From assembly GCA_029260905.1 (NCBI GenBank), contig JAJDCH010000011.1, forward strand, positions 512 to 64,511: a stretch of DNA of 64,000 nt, written 5' to 3'. The DNA comes from Candidatus Levyibacteriota bacterium (lineage in GTDB: Bacteria; Patescibacteriota; Microgenomatia; Levybacterales; UBA12049). This document shows positions 1 to 10,846 of this stretch, one piece after another (positions within the stretch are counted from its first letter, which is position 1; every line of letters starts with the position of its first letter). Below the pieces are notes generated by a model. The model was given only the letters and a program-made list of their open reading frames with translations. It was not told the DNA's origin and searched no databases. The position numbers and the translations under genes are program-made.

Positions 1-1
1 A

Positions 2-772
2 AGAATTAAAAAATTGTTAAAAACAGATATATTTATTTTTCTACTTATTATTCTTTCAACATGTCTGATCATTATTCCTGAATTCTTCTATCTTAAGGAC
101 ATTTATCCTGCACATTACCGCGCCAACACCATGTTCAAGCTTGTATTCCAATCATTTATCATGCTTTCACTATCAAGCGGTTACATTATCTTTCGCATAG
201 TTTCTAGCCTGAAAATCAAATCTTTTAATATTTATAAAAAAATATTAGCTCTTTGTTATCTACTATCTGCTATATGCATGCTTTCCCTTGTCATGACCTA
301 TCCTTATCTTGCCATCAATTCTTATTATGGGGATCTCAAAACCCAGAAGAGCTTGGACGGTACATCATATCTTCAAATTCTTTATAAAGATGATTATGAA
401 GCAATAAAATGGCTAAATAAAAATATAAAAGGGCAACCAGTTATTCTTGAAGCGCAAGGTGATTCATATACAGATTTTGGCAGAGTATCGACAAACACTG
501 GTCTACCTACAGTTCTTGGATGGACTGTTCATGAATGGCTTTGGAGAGGAACATACGATATCCCATCTCCCAGAATTGAAGAGGTTAAAACACTTTATGA
601 AACTACTGATATTCAATCAACAAAAAAAATAATTAATACTTATAAAATCAAGTACGTTTTCATCGGCTCCCTTGAAACACAAAAATACTTATTACTAAAC
701 GAAGAAAAATTCAAAAATCTTGGAGCACTTGTTTTTCAAAGTGGAGATACAAAAATCTATAAAATCAATTAG
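2..772 (+). CDS. DUF2298-like membrane protein (GT-C-like), 5'-partial
   Basis: Frame open from window start; RANTMFK, SLDG, GLPTVLGW..HEWLWRG motifs. Confidence 0.75.
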   Translation, partial: RIKKLLKTDIFIFLLIILSTCLIIIPEFFYLKDIYPAHYRANTMFKLVFQSFIMLSLSSGYIIFRIVSSLKIKSFNIYKKILALCYLLSAICMLSLVMTYPYLAINSYYGDLKTQKSLDGTSYLQILYKDDYEAIKWLNKNIKGQPVILEAQGDSYTDFGRVSTNTGLPTVLGWTVHEWLWRGTYDIPSPRIEEVKTLYETTDIQSTKKIINTYKIKYVFIGSLETQKYLLLNEEKFKNLGALVFQSGDTKIYKIN

Positions 773-1907
773 CTTTATCTATAACTGGCGTTGGGGTTAT
801 TATTCCGTTTTTTCCTATTGAACAACTACCAGAATCGGTCATACAAGAAATAAACTCATGAATTTCTGAGAAATCACTTTTTCCAACTCTTGGTGAAAGA
901 TAATATTGCTTCTCAAAATTTTCAGTTAGCAAACCGTGTCTTTCCTCTCCGCCTCCTAGATCCAAAACAATACTCTCAATTTTTGCTCCCTCCATTTTCT
1001 GAACAAGTTTTACAAAATCATCATACTCATCATCTTTTACATCTGTCTCAATACTATCCTTAAAAACATCAACAAGATTTACGACTTTTACTGGATTTAA
1101 AAAAGTGCCAACTGAGAACACCTTGTCTCTAAAAGCAGAAATCACTTTTTCCTGACGCTTCGATCTTGCAAAATCAGATCCTTCACCATTTACACCATGA
1201 CGAGAACGAACAAACTTCAAAGCAGTTGTTCCATTCATTCTTTGAATGCCTTTATCAAAATGTAAATGTTCATATCTGCATGGAAATACTTCTAGTTCGT
1301 CTGCGCTGCCTGTTGCAATTTCAGCTGACAGACTAGCAACAGATTCTTCTTCGTGTCCACATAACTCATTTTCATTGCCTTCAAGTGGATACTTATAATC
1401 ATCAAGAGTGTTTTCAACATCAATATCTATCCCACCCACCATGTCAATGGCTTTCACAAAACCATCAAAATCAACCTTTATAGAATAATCAATCTGCTGT
1501 CCCAAAACCTTTGAAACACTTGATTTGGCAAGAATGAGTCCTCCACCTTCTTTTTTCAGCTCTCCATATGTATAGGCTGTGTTGATCTTTGCTTGCAGTT
1601 CTGGAATCCACAAATCACGAGGAATTGACACAAGAGTTACTTTTTTATTTTCTGGATCAATACTTGCAAAAATCATCGTATCTGTCAGATCAGGCCCCTC
1701 ATGCCCACCTCCACCAACACCCATTATCAATACGTTAAATTTACTTTCTTCTGCTTCTTTCAGTTGTATTTCTTTTTTAAATAACAATTCAAAAAGTACA
1801 TTTATGTATTTTCCGCCCTTGAATATAGCAAAGCTAAAAATTGCCAAAAACAAAACTAAAAGAACTATAAATACTCGCTTTCGCGTTTTTGGTTTTCTTG
1901 AATTCAT
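765..1907 (-). CDS. LCP (LytR-CpsA-Psr) family protein
   Basis: N-terminal TM; LTDTMI, SIPRDLW, KIN, FVRSRH..SDFARSKRQ motifs. Confidence 0.93.
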   Translation of the reverse strand: MNSRKPKTRKRVFIVLLVLFLAIFSFAIFKGGKYINVLFELLFKKEIQLKEAEESKFNVLIMGVGGGGHEGPDLTDTMIFASIDPENKKVTLVSIPRDLWIPELQAKINTAYTYGELKKEGGGLILAKSSVSKVLGQQIDYSIKVDFDGFVKAIDMVGGIDIDVENTLDDYKYPLEGNENELCGHEEESVASLSAEIATGSADELEVFPCRYEHLHFDKGIQRMNGTTALKFVRSRHGVNGEGSDFARSKRQEKVISAFRDKVFSVGTFLNPVKVVNLVDVFKDSIETDVKDDEYDDFVKLVQKMEGAKIESIVLDLGGGEERHGLLTENFEKQYYLSPRVGKSDFSEIHEFISCMTDSGSCSIGKNGIITPTPVIDKAN

Positions 1908-1908
1908 A

Positions 1909-2571
1909 TTAGGAGTTTGAAATTATTCTACTAAATTTATCAGGATCTAGACTCGCACCCCCAGGCAGAACACCATCAATCAAAATTTTGCTTGTAAAAC
2001 TATTTACATTTTCGGGCTTTACACTACCACCGTAAATAATAAATTTAACACCTGCTCTTTCCTTTATTTTCTTAGCCACAGACTCTGCATTTTCCGGTGT
2101 GTCAGGATTACCACTTCCAATTGCAAAAATTGGTTCATAGGCAACAACATCCACTCCTTCAGGTATTGGTGTATCTGATCCCTGAACGCAAAAAATTATT
2201 TTCAAACCATGTTCCCTTGCTAATTTTACTTTTTTTTCTAATACCTCATCTGTTTCTGAAAAATTAGCACGTCTTTCCGAATGTCCGATTATTACATAAT
2301 CTGCAAATTCTTTTATTTGTTCTCCATTGATCTCCCCTGTATATGCTCCCTCTTCAAATGGAGATATGTTTTGCGCGCCAATCTTTATCGGCAAATTTTT
2401 TTCTGAAATTAATGATTTCAATTGTAAAAGAAGAGTAAAAGGAGCACAAACAATAATTTCTTTACTCTCATGACCTGAAAAATCAAAATCAGAGATCCCA
2501 TCAATCCACTCATTTACATCAAATAATGTTTTATAAGATTTCCAATTCCCAATAATAAAAAGCTTTTTCAT
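1909..2571 (-). CDS. tpiA: Triosephosphate isomerase
   Basis: GNWK, IGHSERR, AYEPIFAIG, YGGSV, GGASL. Confidence 0.96.
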   Translation of the reverse strand: MKKLFIIGNWKSYKTLFDVNEWIDGISDFDFSGHESKEIIVCAPFTLLLQLKSLISEKNLPIKIGAQNISPFEEGAYTGEINGEQIKEFADYVIIGHSERRANFSETDEVLEKKVKLAREHGLKIIFCVQGSDTPIPEGVDVVAYEPIFAIGSGNPDTPENAESVAKKIKERAGVKFIIYGGSVKPENVNSFTSKILIDGVLPGGASLDPDKFSRIISNS

Positions 2572-2655
2572 ATGTTACAATGAATATTGATTTAAGACTT
2601 CTTTGTTCTTCTCACCTCACAAAGTCTTATGTCTTAAGTCTATTTATTATACCTT

Positions 2656-4533
2656 ATGGAAGATCAACTACTCAAGGATTTAAACAAAGAACAACAAGCC
2701 TCAGTACTCCAAACAGATGGCCCGATGATTATTTTGGCTGGAGCAGGATCAGGAAAAACAAGAGTTCTTACATATAAGGTACTCTACCTTATGCTTGAAA
2801 AACAAATTGCGCCTGAGTCAATTTTGATGATTACATTTACCAATAAGGCTGCCAATGAAATGAAAGAGCGCATGGAAAAAATGCTCTCCAGTAAAGTAAA
2901 ATCCAAGAACCAAGAACCAAGAACCAGTGGTAAGCCTTGGATCGCCACTTTTCATTCAATGTGTGCCAAAATCTTAAGAGTTGAGGGTAAGCATCTTGGT
3001 TTTTCTGAAAAATTTGTTATTTATGATTCACAGGATCAGCTAGATGCGATAAAAGAGGCAATGACCAGGCTTGATATTTCTATAAAGGATTTCAAACCCA
3101 GATCTGTCCTATCAACAATATCTGGTGCCAAAAACGAACTAATAACAGCCAATGAGTATCTTAATTTTGCTAAAGGCCATTTTCAAGAGACTGTCTCTAG
3201 AATATATCCTGTTTACCAATCACTGCTCAAAGAGAATGATGCGCTTGATTTTGACGATCTTATTCTCATGACAATCAAACTTTTTCAGGACAATGAGCAG
3301 GTGTTGAAAAAATATCAGTTAAGACTTGAATATATTCTTGTTGATGAATATCAAGACACCAACAGAGCTCAATATATCCTGACCAAACTTCTTACCAAAA
3401 GATGGAAAAATATTTGTGTAGTTGGTGACTTCTCACAAAGCATTTATTCCTGGCGTGGTGCAGACTATCGAAACTTGATGCGTTTTAAAGAAGACTTTCC
3501 AGGAACCAGAACTTTCTCCCTTTCTCAAAACTACAGATCTACTCAAAAAATACTTGATGGAGCAAGTGCTGTTATATCCAAAAACACCTCTCATCCAGTA
3601 CTTAAACTCTGGACAGAAAATCCAGCAGGTTCTGAAATAGATATCTATGAAGCAGAGAATGAGCAAGACGAGGCGGATTTTATTATAAAACATCTTATTG
3701 ATAAGCATGTTGCAAATCTAAATGACATCGCAGTTCTTTATAGAACCAACGCGCAATCCCGTGTGATAGAAGAAGCATTTCTTCATCATGGCATACCATA
3801 CGTATTAATTGGAGGAACAAGATTCTATGAAAGAAAAGAAATAAAAGACGTTCTTTCATACATAAGAGTTGTTGAGAATCCAAAAGATTCTGTCTCATAC
3901 AAAAGAGTTGAAAAATTAGGCAAAAAAAGATTGCAGAAATTCAAAAACTACCAAGAAGAAACCCAAGATCCAAAATCCAAGATCCAAGATCTCAACACCA
4001 TAGATATACTCGATGGAATTATTAAAGCAACCAACTATCTTGATCTGTATGATGAAAAAATTGAAGAAGACAGGGCAAGACTTGAAAATATCAAAGAGCT
4101 TAGATCTGTTGCCATTGCACATCCTGATCTCACAGATTTTCTTGAAAACGTGGCACTGGTTGAGCAGGAATACAATTCAAAAAAAACCACAGAAGGAGAA
4201 ACCAAAAATGCAATTACACTCATGACGCTTCACGGAGCAAAGGGACTTGAGTTCCCAACAGTCTTCATGATCGGAATGGAAGAAGGACTTTTTCCCCACA
4301 GCAGATCACTCATGGATAAAACACAACTAGAAGAAGAGCGACGCCTTTGCTATGTTGGAATGACGCGTGCTAAAGAAAAACTTCTACTGACCTATGCGAG
4401 AAGAAGACTTTTTTTTGGACAAAGAGCAACCAACATGGTATCCCGTTTTGTCATGGAATTACCAGAACATCTAATAAATCAAGGTTTGGAATCAATTGAT
4501 TTAAAAGAAAAAGACCCTGCTGATCTTTTCTAA
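2656..4533 (+). CDS. pcrA: UvrD/PcrA superfamily-1 DNA helicase
   Basis: AGAGSGKT, TFTNKAA, VDEYQD, QNYRS, HGAKGLEF, EEERRLCYVGMTRA. Confidence 0.95.
   Translation: MEDQLLKDLNKEQQASVLQTDGPMIILAGAGSGKTRVLTYKVLYLMLEKQIAPESILMITFTNKAANEMKERMEKMLSSKVKSKNQEPRTSGKPWIATFHSMCAKILRVEGKHLGFSEKFVIYDSQDQLDAIKEAMTRLDISIKDFKPRSVLSTISGAKNELITANEYLNFAKGHFQETVSRIYPVYQSLLKENDALDFDDLILMTIKLFQDNEQVLKKYQLRLEYILVDEYQDTNRAQYILTKLLTKRWKNICVVGDFSQSIYSWRGADYRNLMRFKEDFPGTRTFSLSQNYRSTQKILDGASAVISKNTSHPVLKLWTENPAGSEIDIYEAENEQDEADFIIKHLIDKHVANLNDIAVLYRTNAQSRVIEEAFLHHGIPYVLIGGTRFYERKEIKDVLSYIRVVENPKDSVSYKRVEKLGKKRLQKFKNYQEETQDPKSKIQDLNTIDILDGIIKATNYLDLYDEKIEEDRARLENIKELRSVAIAHPDLTDFLENVALVEQEYNSKKTTEGETKNAITLMTLHGAKGLEFPTVFMIGMEEGLFPHSRSLMDKTQLEEERRLCYVGMTRAKEKLLLTYARRRLFFGQRATNMVSRFVMELPEHLINQGLESIDLKEKDPADLF
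2903..2926 (+). repeat. Heptamer tandem repeat (CCAAGAA)x3+ inside pcrA
   Basis: ccaagaa ccaagaa ccaagaa cca read directly. Confidence 0.9.
3963..3990 (+). repeat. Heptamer tandem repeat (CCAAGAT)x4 inside pcrA
   Basis: ccaagat ccaaaat ccaagat ccaagat. Confidence 0.9.
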
Positions 4534-4558
4534 TCTCCATTTCTGTTAAAATATACCT

Positions 4559-5542
4559 ATGATCGACTTTAATAAAACCGCGACCCACCCTCTTCAATCA
4601 TTTGAATGGGGAGAATTTAGAAAAAAAACAGGAGTCAAAGTAATAAGAGGTGAAAACTTTCAGCTCACAATTCATAAAATCCCACATACGTCTTTTACAA
4701 TTGGCTATCTACCGAAAGGACATATACCAAACAATGAACTAATTGATGAATTAAAAAAAATTGGCAAACAAGAAAACTGCATTTTTATTCAATTGGAACC
4801 AAATATCTTAAAAAGCAATAAACAAAAAGCAATAAACAAAAAGCTTGCTGAGGCCGCGCATCCTCTTTTTACTAAATACAATTTTGTTTTGGATATTACA
4901 AAATCGGAAGAAGAATTATTAAAAAACATGCATCAAAAAGCAAGATACAATATCCGCGTTGCGCAAAAACACAACGTTGAAGTAATTGAAGACAATTCAG
5001 ATAAAGCATTTGCAGAATATCTCAGACTCACTGATGAAACAACAAAACGACAGGGGTTCTTTGCCCACACGCTTGATTATCATAAAAAACAATGGACAAT
5101 CCTACCCCATAAAACTTCAAAAGATAAACTCAGCTCGCATTTACTAATTGCTAAATATCAACCACCAAGATCCAAGAACCAGAATTCAAGATCCAAGATC
5201 TTAACAGCTTGGATCTTATTTATTTTCAAAGACACGCTTTATTATCCATACGGCGCATCGATTAGTCAGCATCGCGAGGTAATGAGTAGTAGTCTTATGA
5301 TGTGGGAAGCAATAAGATTTGGAAAGAAGTTGGGACTAAAAAAGTTTGATATGTGGGGCGCCCTAGGACCAAATCCAGGCAAAAATGATCCGTGGTATGG
5401 ATTCCACAGTTTCAAAGAAAAATATGGTCCAAAACATATTGAATATATAGGAAGTTATGACATGATAATAAACCCTATTGCTTATCAGTTTTATAAACTT
5501 GCAGATAAAGTTCGATGGCTAATATTAAGATTTAGAAAATAA
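4559..5542 (+). CDS. FemAB/FemX family peptidoglycan bridge aminoacyltransferase
   Basis: HPLQSFEWG, KARYNIR, YYPYGAS, FDMWG, GFHSFKEKYG. Confidence 0.9.
   Translation: MIDFNKTATHPLQSFEWGEFRKKTGVKVIRGENFQLTIHKIPHTSFTIGYLPKGHIPNNELIDELKKIGKQENCIFIQLEPNILKSNKQKAINKKLAEAAHPLFTKYNFVLDITKSEEELLKNMHQKARYNIRVAQKHNVEVIEDNSDKAFAEYLRLTDETTKRQGFFAHTLDYHKKQWTILPHKTSKDKLSSHLLIAKYQPPRSKNQNSRSKILTAWILFIFKDTLYYPYGASISQHREVMSSSLMMWEAIRFGKKLGLKKFDMWGALGPNPGKNDPWYGFHSFKEKYGPKHIEYIGSYDMIINPIAYQFYKLADKVRWLILRFRK
5165..5199 (+). repeat. Heptamer tandem repeat (CCAAGAW-like)x5 inside femAB-like gene
   Basis: ccaagat ccaagaa ccagaat tcaagat ccaagat. Confidence 0.88.
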
Positions 5543-6910
5543 ATGAAGAAATTTCTGCCAATCCTAACACTTGTTCTTTTTTTTCTTTTTTTCAAACTTT
5601 CAAACCTTGGCATCAGGCTTTCAGACAGCAATATCTACTTTTACACAGGATACGAAATACTTCAAGGAAAAATTCTTTATAAGGATCTTTTCTTTACCAA
5701 CTTCCCATTTATTCCTTATCTTTCATCGTTGTACTTTTTGATAATTGGTGGAAATCTGAAATTATTTTTTCTAACCCCTGTAATTGAAGTATCCCTTGTT
5801 TCATTTTTTATCTACAAAATTGTCTTTGAGAAATACAAAAAAATATTTATCGCAACTATATCAGCATCTCTTTATCTTTTCTCTTTCATAATCCTTTCAA
5901 CATCAGATCACCAATCAGGAGTATTTTTTGCATCGCTTGCAGCAGTTTTAGCATATTATTTTTATCAAAAAGAAAAATATTTTCTTAGCGGCATATCTAT
6001 CGCAATTACGCTTTTAACAAAAGCGTACTTTATTCCTGTTGCGCTTTCACTTGGTTTTTTATTTTTAATAGATAAGAAATGGAAAAACTTAATAAGATTT
6101 TTGCTTGGTGGATCATCTGCAGGAATTATCATAATGTTGCCAACATTTTTTTTCGCATTTCCAGATTTTATAGATCAAGTTTTTAAATACTCACTTACAA
6201 GATCGCAGGGGGTTGATAAATTAGCTATTATTTGGTTTTTTATCAGACATGATTTTTCGCTTTTTATTTTACTAATCATAAATATTTTTTTAATTAAAAA
6301 GGAAAAATTCTTCGGTTTATTATCTTTTTTCGGAATTATTTTTTTTATTGTATACAAAGACATTTATTATCTTTATCTTAATTTTCTAATTCCTTTTCTT
6401 TGCATTTCTTATGCTGGATTTCATAAAGCAATTCAAGTAAAATTTGATATCCAAAAAGGAATTATCCCTACAGTTCTTTTGCTTTTTATTTTCTATAATT
6501 TTATCTCTTACACTGATGGGTTTAGAAACCTTCAAAAAATTAATAACATAAATCAAATTACGAATAAAATAAAACAGGAAAAGCCAAACGCGCTCTATGG
6601 TACTAATGATATAACAACTGCACTTGCATACCTTTCAAACACCCCACTTCTTAATAATGTTATTGATACAAATTCCAATATTTATAGACAGAGAATTCTT
6701 GATGCAAAAAAGATGACTACTGATGCCATATCCCAAAAATCAATAATAGTTGCTCATGGAGCTTACTATCCATTGGCGGGAATTGAAGAAGTGGTAATTG
6801 ATGAGATTTTTGACAAAGAACAAATAATAAAAAACTGTAAGCTGATAGAAAGCTATCCTGTTCAGATGGAGGGAATTGAAAACAGACTGAATCTATTTAG
6901 GTGCTACTGA
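5543..6910 (+). CDS. Polytopic membrane protein, probable GT-C glycosyltransferase
   Basis: About 10 hydrophobic segments; SDSNIYFY..G..LYKD first-loop motif typical of PMT/ArnT-like proteins. Confidence 0.65.
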   Translation: MKKFLPILTLVLFFLFFKLSNLGIRLSDSNIYFYTGYEILQGKILYKDLFFTNFPFIPYLSSLYFLIIGGNLKLFFLTPVIEVSLVSFFIYKIVFEKYKKIFIATISASLYLFSFIILSTSDHQSGVFFASLAAVLAYYFYQKEKYFLSGISIAITLLTKAYFIPVALSLGFLFLIDKKWKNLIRFLLGGSSAGIIIMLPTFFFAFPDFIDQVFKYSLTRSQGVDKLAIIWFFIRHDFSLFILLIINIFLIKKEKFFGLLSFFGIIFFIVYKDIYYLYLNFLIPFLCISYAGFHKAIQVKFDIQKGIIPTVLLLFIFYNFISYTDGFRNLQKINNINQITNKIKQEKPNALYGTNDITTALAYLSNTPLLNNVIDTNSNIYRQRILDAKKMTTDAISQKSIIVAHGAYYPLAGIEEVVIDEIFDKEQIIKNCKLIESYPVQMEGIENRLNLFRCY

Positions 6911-6933
6911 CAGATTTTAAAAAAATATTTTGT

Positions 6934-7322
6934 TTACCAATTCTTTCCTTCTAAACGCAATGACCTCGCTCTTGCGTCAGATTTATTAATAACATCAGGA
7001 AATAAATATAATTCCCCTGCAATAATATTAGTAGCTAAATCCTTCAACACCTCATCCCAAGTTTTCCCTTCGATTGCTGAAATATCTATATCTTCGGGTT
7101 TCAAGGCTGTTCCATCCATTAGTGCTCTAAGTAGCTCAAAAAGATCGCCAGAAAATCCTTCTACTACCTCGTTCGCAGCATGAAACTCAGAATAAGGCAC
7201 CAAACCAGGTTCTTCTTGTATAAATTCTGTTTCAAAGAATTTTTTCTTGTCTTATCTATGATACGCTCTCTCAAGGGTTTCTCTTTTTCTGGTGGTTTTA
7301 TATCGTTAGGATTATTTTCCAT
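6934..7322 (-). pseudogene. Hypothetical acidic protein, apparently frameshifted in an A6 run
   Basis: ATG at 7322 (MENNPNDIKPPEKEKPLRERIIDKTRK) joins the 89-aa ORF frame (KFFETEFIQEEPGLVPY...) if one A is added near 7240-7245. Confidence 0.55.
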
Positions 7323-7402
7323 AATATGGAAATACTATGGCATGAGGTGAAAATCTTTGCAACAACGATTTATTAAATATCAACGAACTTCTTTAGCATA
7401 AA

Positions 7403-7930
7403 CTATATTTTAGGTATTTCGTAAACATAAACCTCGCTCTCTTCATCACTTGCAATCATCGGTAGATCTATTTTATAGACAAAGGTTACCACTCTGGTTC
7501 CAGGTTTTAGCTCTTTCAAAAACTTTATCTTTAAGCGAGAAAGAGTTTTGGGAATAAGATATGCAAAGACAACTGTTGCCTCTGATAAATCAACATCAAA
7601 AAAGTTCTTTCTTTTAAATCTTAATTTATCTGAAACTCCGAAAAATCTTGCAAGTATTTTTGAAAACCAAAATCGTGATAAATCAACTTCTATCCCTACC
7701 CCAGTTGCTCCATATTCTCTTGCTGCAATACAAAGCGCTGTTCCATCCCCTGAACCCATATCATAAATAATATCCTTATCATTTATCTTTGCGAGTTCAC
7801 ACATTATTCTTGCCGTTTTTTTATTTGTTCTCCACCACGGAGACCACGGACTATCAACTGGCCAAACCATTGAGAAAAGAAACAAAAGCAAAATAATTGT
7901 AACTGTGACTATTAAAAATACCAACATCAA
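7403..7930 (-). CDS. Class I SAM-dependent methyltransferase with N-terminal TM
   Basis: YDMGSGDG, GIE, ELKPGTRVV. Confidence 0.88.
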   Translation of the reverse strand: MMLVFLIVTVTIILLLFLFSMVWPVDSPWSPWWRTNKKTARIMCELAKINDKDIIYDMGSGDGTALCIAAREYGATGVGIEVDLSRFWFSKILARFFGVSDKLRFKRKNFFDVDLSEATVVFAYLIPKTLSRLKIKFLKELKPGTRVVTFVYKIDLPMIASDEESEVYVYEIPKI

Positions 7931-8529
7931 TTTCCTTTCTCAGCAAGAGAATTTGCAAGTCTATCTGCACGCTCATTATTTACATCACCTGAATGTCCCA
8001 ATACCTTTTCATACATTACCTGCAGATTATTCTCAGCAATCAAATAATCTATCTTTTCAAAAATTTCTCTATTTTCTTTTATCTTATTTACAGATTTTTT
8101 GAGATTATTTATAGAAATCTGACTATCAGAATAAATTTTTATTCTTTTGTGATTTTTTTGTGATGCCCATAAAAGCGCGTGGTAAATTGCATACGCCTCA
8201 GCAGTATTATTTGTTTGTTTTCCAATTACCCGTCCTGCTTCCTCATATTTTCCAGCTACAAATGCCCAGGCAGCTTTAGCATGTTCATAACCATTTCCCG
8301 TGCAGGCTCCATCTGTCCAAATTTCAACTTCCGGAACACCTAAAAAACCTAAATTTTCAAACAAAAATTGATCTTTGTTAATTACCTTAAATTTCTCATC
8401 GTGATAAAGCCTTTTACATTTTGCACAAAAATAGTAAGCTTTATAGTAATAACTTTTCTTTAGTTGCTCAGGACTTTTTTTCGTTGCCTTCTCAATCAAT
8501 ACTCCCCTACAGTACTTACAAATATTCAT
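7927..8529 (-). CDS. rnhA: Ribonuclease HI with N-terminal C4 zinc-ribbon
   Basis: WTDGAC, TNNTAEA, SDSQ, GHSG..NERADRLA; N-terminal CKYC...CAKC. Confidence 0.9.
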   Translation of the reverse strand: MNICKYCRGVLIEKATKKSPEQLKKSYYYKAYYFCAKCKRLYHDEKFKVINKDQFLFENLGFLGVPEVEIWTDGACTGNGYEHAKAAWAFVAGKYEEAGRVIGKQTNNTAEAYAIYHALLWASQKNHKRIKIYSDSQISINNLKKSVNKIKENREIFEKIDYLIAENNLQVMYEKVLGHSGDVNNERADRLANSLAEKGN

Positions 8530-8544
8530 AAATATCTAAGAAGA

Positions 8545-10686
8545 TTATATCATGATTTTTCCATTTTTTACTTTTGGTTCAATTTCAGCACCTGGTTTTA
8601 TCGATCCTTCAATTATTCTTGTTGCTATCTCGTCAACTAACCTTTCATCAATTGCCCTCTTCAGGGGTCTTGCGCCAAAAACAGGATCATATCCAACTTC
8701 GGCAAAATAAATACTCAGATCATCTGTTATCTTCATATTTATACCATTCTCACTCATCCTCTCTTTTACCCGCTCCAATTGTAATTCTGCAATTTTGATA
8801 AGATCTTTGGGAGAAAGATTGTTATATGTAACAATTGAATCAAGCCTATTTAAAAATTCAGGTTTAAAATGCTGATGAAGAATTTCATTTATTTTTTTAT
8901 CAATACTGTCTTTATCGCTTTCCTCTTTCAAAATATCTCCGCCAAGATTACTAGTCATAATTATAATTGTATTTCTAAAATCAACTTTTACACCTTTACT
9001 ATCAGTCAGCATCCCTTCATCAAATATCTGGAGAAAAAGATTAAACACTTGAGGATGAGCCTTCTCTATTTCATCAAAAAGAATAACGGAATATGGCTTT
9101 CTGCGAACTGCCTCTGTTAACTGCCCACCTTCTTCATAGCCAACATATCCGGGAGGCGCACCAATCATTCGCGCAACGCTATGATTTTCCATATATTCAC
9201 TCATATCAATTCTTGTCAGGGCGTGCTCATTATTAAAAAGTATTCTTGCTAAGGTTTTTGCAGTTTCTGTTTTACCAACACCTGTTGGACCAAGAAAAAG
9301 GAAAGAACCAATCGGCTTGTCTCTTGCAGAAAGACCTGATCTTGATCTGCGAACAGCTCTTGCCACCAAATTAACAGCCCTGTCTTGACCTATTACTTGT
9401 TTTTTTAGTTCCTCATCAAGCTTTAAAAGCCTATCTGATTCAGTAGAAAGCACTTTGCTTACAGGTATCCCAGTCCAGCGCGCAACCACTTTTGCTATAT
9501 CTTCAGCATCAACCTCTTCCCTTAAAACCTGTTCGTCTGTTGGAATTTTGCTCCACTCATTCATTAACTCATTCAATCTCTTCTCAATCTCAGGAATTTT
9601 TCCATATTTTATTTCAGCCGCTTTTTGAAGATCAACATTACGCTCTGCTTCCTGAAGCTCTATCCGATATGTATCAATTTTTGCTCTCATGTCTTGCACT
9701 TTTTGAATTATTTCTTTTTGTTTTTTCCATCTCTTTTCAAGCGTACTTGCTTCTGCTTTTAATTTTTCAAGTTCTTTTTCTTGTGTCTCTTTTCTACTCT
9801 TAGAGATTTCACTTTTTTCTTTTTTCAATGCAGCAAGTTCTATCTCAATTTGTGTTATTTTTCTTTTCAATAGATCAAGTTCAGCCGGCATACTTTCTGT
9901 TTCAATTTTTATTGCAGCTGCTGCTTCATCTATAAGATCAATTGCTTTATCTGGTAAAAATCTTTGAGGAATATATTGCGCCGAAAGCTTGGCCGCTTGA
10001 ATAATTGCATTATCAGTTATACGAATCCCGTGGTGCAACTCATACTTTTCTTTAATTCCTCTCAAAATAGAAATAGTATCCTCAATTGTTGGCTCATCTA
10101 TAAGAACAGGCTGAAAACGTCTTGCAAGTGCTGGATCTTTTTCAATATACTTCCTATACTCACCAACTGTTGTCGCGCCTATCATTTTAAGCGCTCCACG
10201 AGCAAGTGCAGGCTTTAGCATATTTGCTGCATCAACAGATCCCTCGCTTGATCCTCCACCAACAAGTGTATGAAGCTCATCAATAAACATAACATATTTT
10301 CCATCTGCATCCTCTACAGCCTTTACAAGACTCTTTAGTCTTTCTTCAAATTCTCCCCTAAATTTTGCACCAGCCAAAAGCTGTGCAAAATCCAAAACAA
10401 GCACTTCCTTTTCTTTAAGAGGTGTTGGCACATTTTTTTCAAAAATTTTTTGAGCAAGTCCTTCAACTATTGCAGTCTTACCCACCCCTGGATCACCGAT
10501 AAGAACTGGATTATTCTTTGTGCGTCTTGAAAGTATCTCCATTATTCGCCTTATCTCAACCTCACGACCAATAACAGGATCAATTTTGCCACTATTTGCA
10601 AGATCAGTTAGATTAATTGTGAATTTTTTAAGCGCTTCATCAGGTGACACAGGCCTTAAAAAATCTATTGCTTGATTGTTGTTCAT
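8545..10686 (-). CDS. clpB: ClpB disaggregase lacking the N-terminal domain
   Basis: Two AAA+ modules ([16 protein letters not shown]), M-domain [15 protein letters not shown]; 713 aa starting at NBD1. Confidence 0.92.
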   Translation of the reverse strand: MNNNQAIDFLRPVSPDEALKKFTINLTDLANSGKIDPVIGREVEIRRIMEILSRRTKNNPVLIGDPGVGKTAIVEGLAQKIFEKNVPTPLKEKEVLVLDFAQLLAGAKFRGEFEERLKSLVKAVEDADGKYVMFIDELHTLVGGGSSEGSVDAANMLKPALARGALKMIGATTVGEYRKYIEKDPALARRFQPVLIDEPTIEDTISILRGIKEKYELHHGIRITDNAIIQAAKLSAQYIPQRFLPDKAIDLIDEAAAAIKIETESMPAELDLLKRKITQIEIELAALKKEKSEISKSRKETQEKELEKLKAEASTLEKRWKKQKEIIQKVQDMRAKIDTYRIELQEAERNVDLQKAAEIKYGKIPEIEKRLNELMNEWSKIPTDEQVLREEVDAEDIAKVVARWTGIPVSKVLSTESDRLLKLDEELKKQVIGQDRAVNLVARAVRRSRSGLSARDKPIGSFLFLGPTGVGKTETAKTLARILFNNEHALTRIDMSEYMENHSVARMIGAPPGYVGYEEGGQLTEAVRRKPYSVILFDEIEKAHPQVFNLFLQIFDEGMLTDSKGVKVDFRNTIIIMTSNLGGDILKEESDKDSIDKKINEILHQHFKPEFLNRLDSIVTYNNLSPKDLIKIAELQLERVKERMSENGINMKITDDLSIYFAEVGYDPVFGARPLKRAIDERLVDEIATRIIEGSIKPGAEIEPKVKNGKIMI

Positions 10687-10692
10687 GGGGAT

Positions 10693-10728
10693 ATTTTATA
10701 ATTAGCAGTAGAAGTTGTCAAGTGCTAA
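10693..10728 (-). promoter_or_regulatory. Sigma70 promoter of clpB overlapped by a CIRCE-like (HrcA) inverted repeat
   Basis: Minus strand TTGACA-17-TAAAAT-6-ATG; TTAGCACTT-N9-TACTGCTAA at 10702-10728 versus CIRCE TTAGCACTC-N9-GAGTGCTAA. Confidence 0.82.
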
Positions 10729-10743
10729 ATCGAAAGGTGTTTT

Positions 10744-10827
10744 CTATACTTTTCCTGAAAGTACCACATTAAATGACTCAAAAACGACATTCATTTTTTG
10801 TTCAAAAAAACTTAAAATTTTTTTCAT
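10744..10827 (-). CDS. Small 27-aa ORF MKKILSFFEQKMNVVFESFNVVLSGKV
   Basis: Strong SD AAGGAGGTGA 7 nt upstream; below the ORF-track cutoff. Confidence 0.55.
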   Translation of the reverse strand: MKKILSFFEQKMNVVFESFNVVLSGKV

Positions 10828-10846
10828 AATTTCCTCACCTCCTTTT

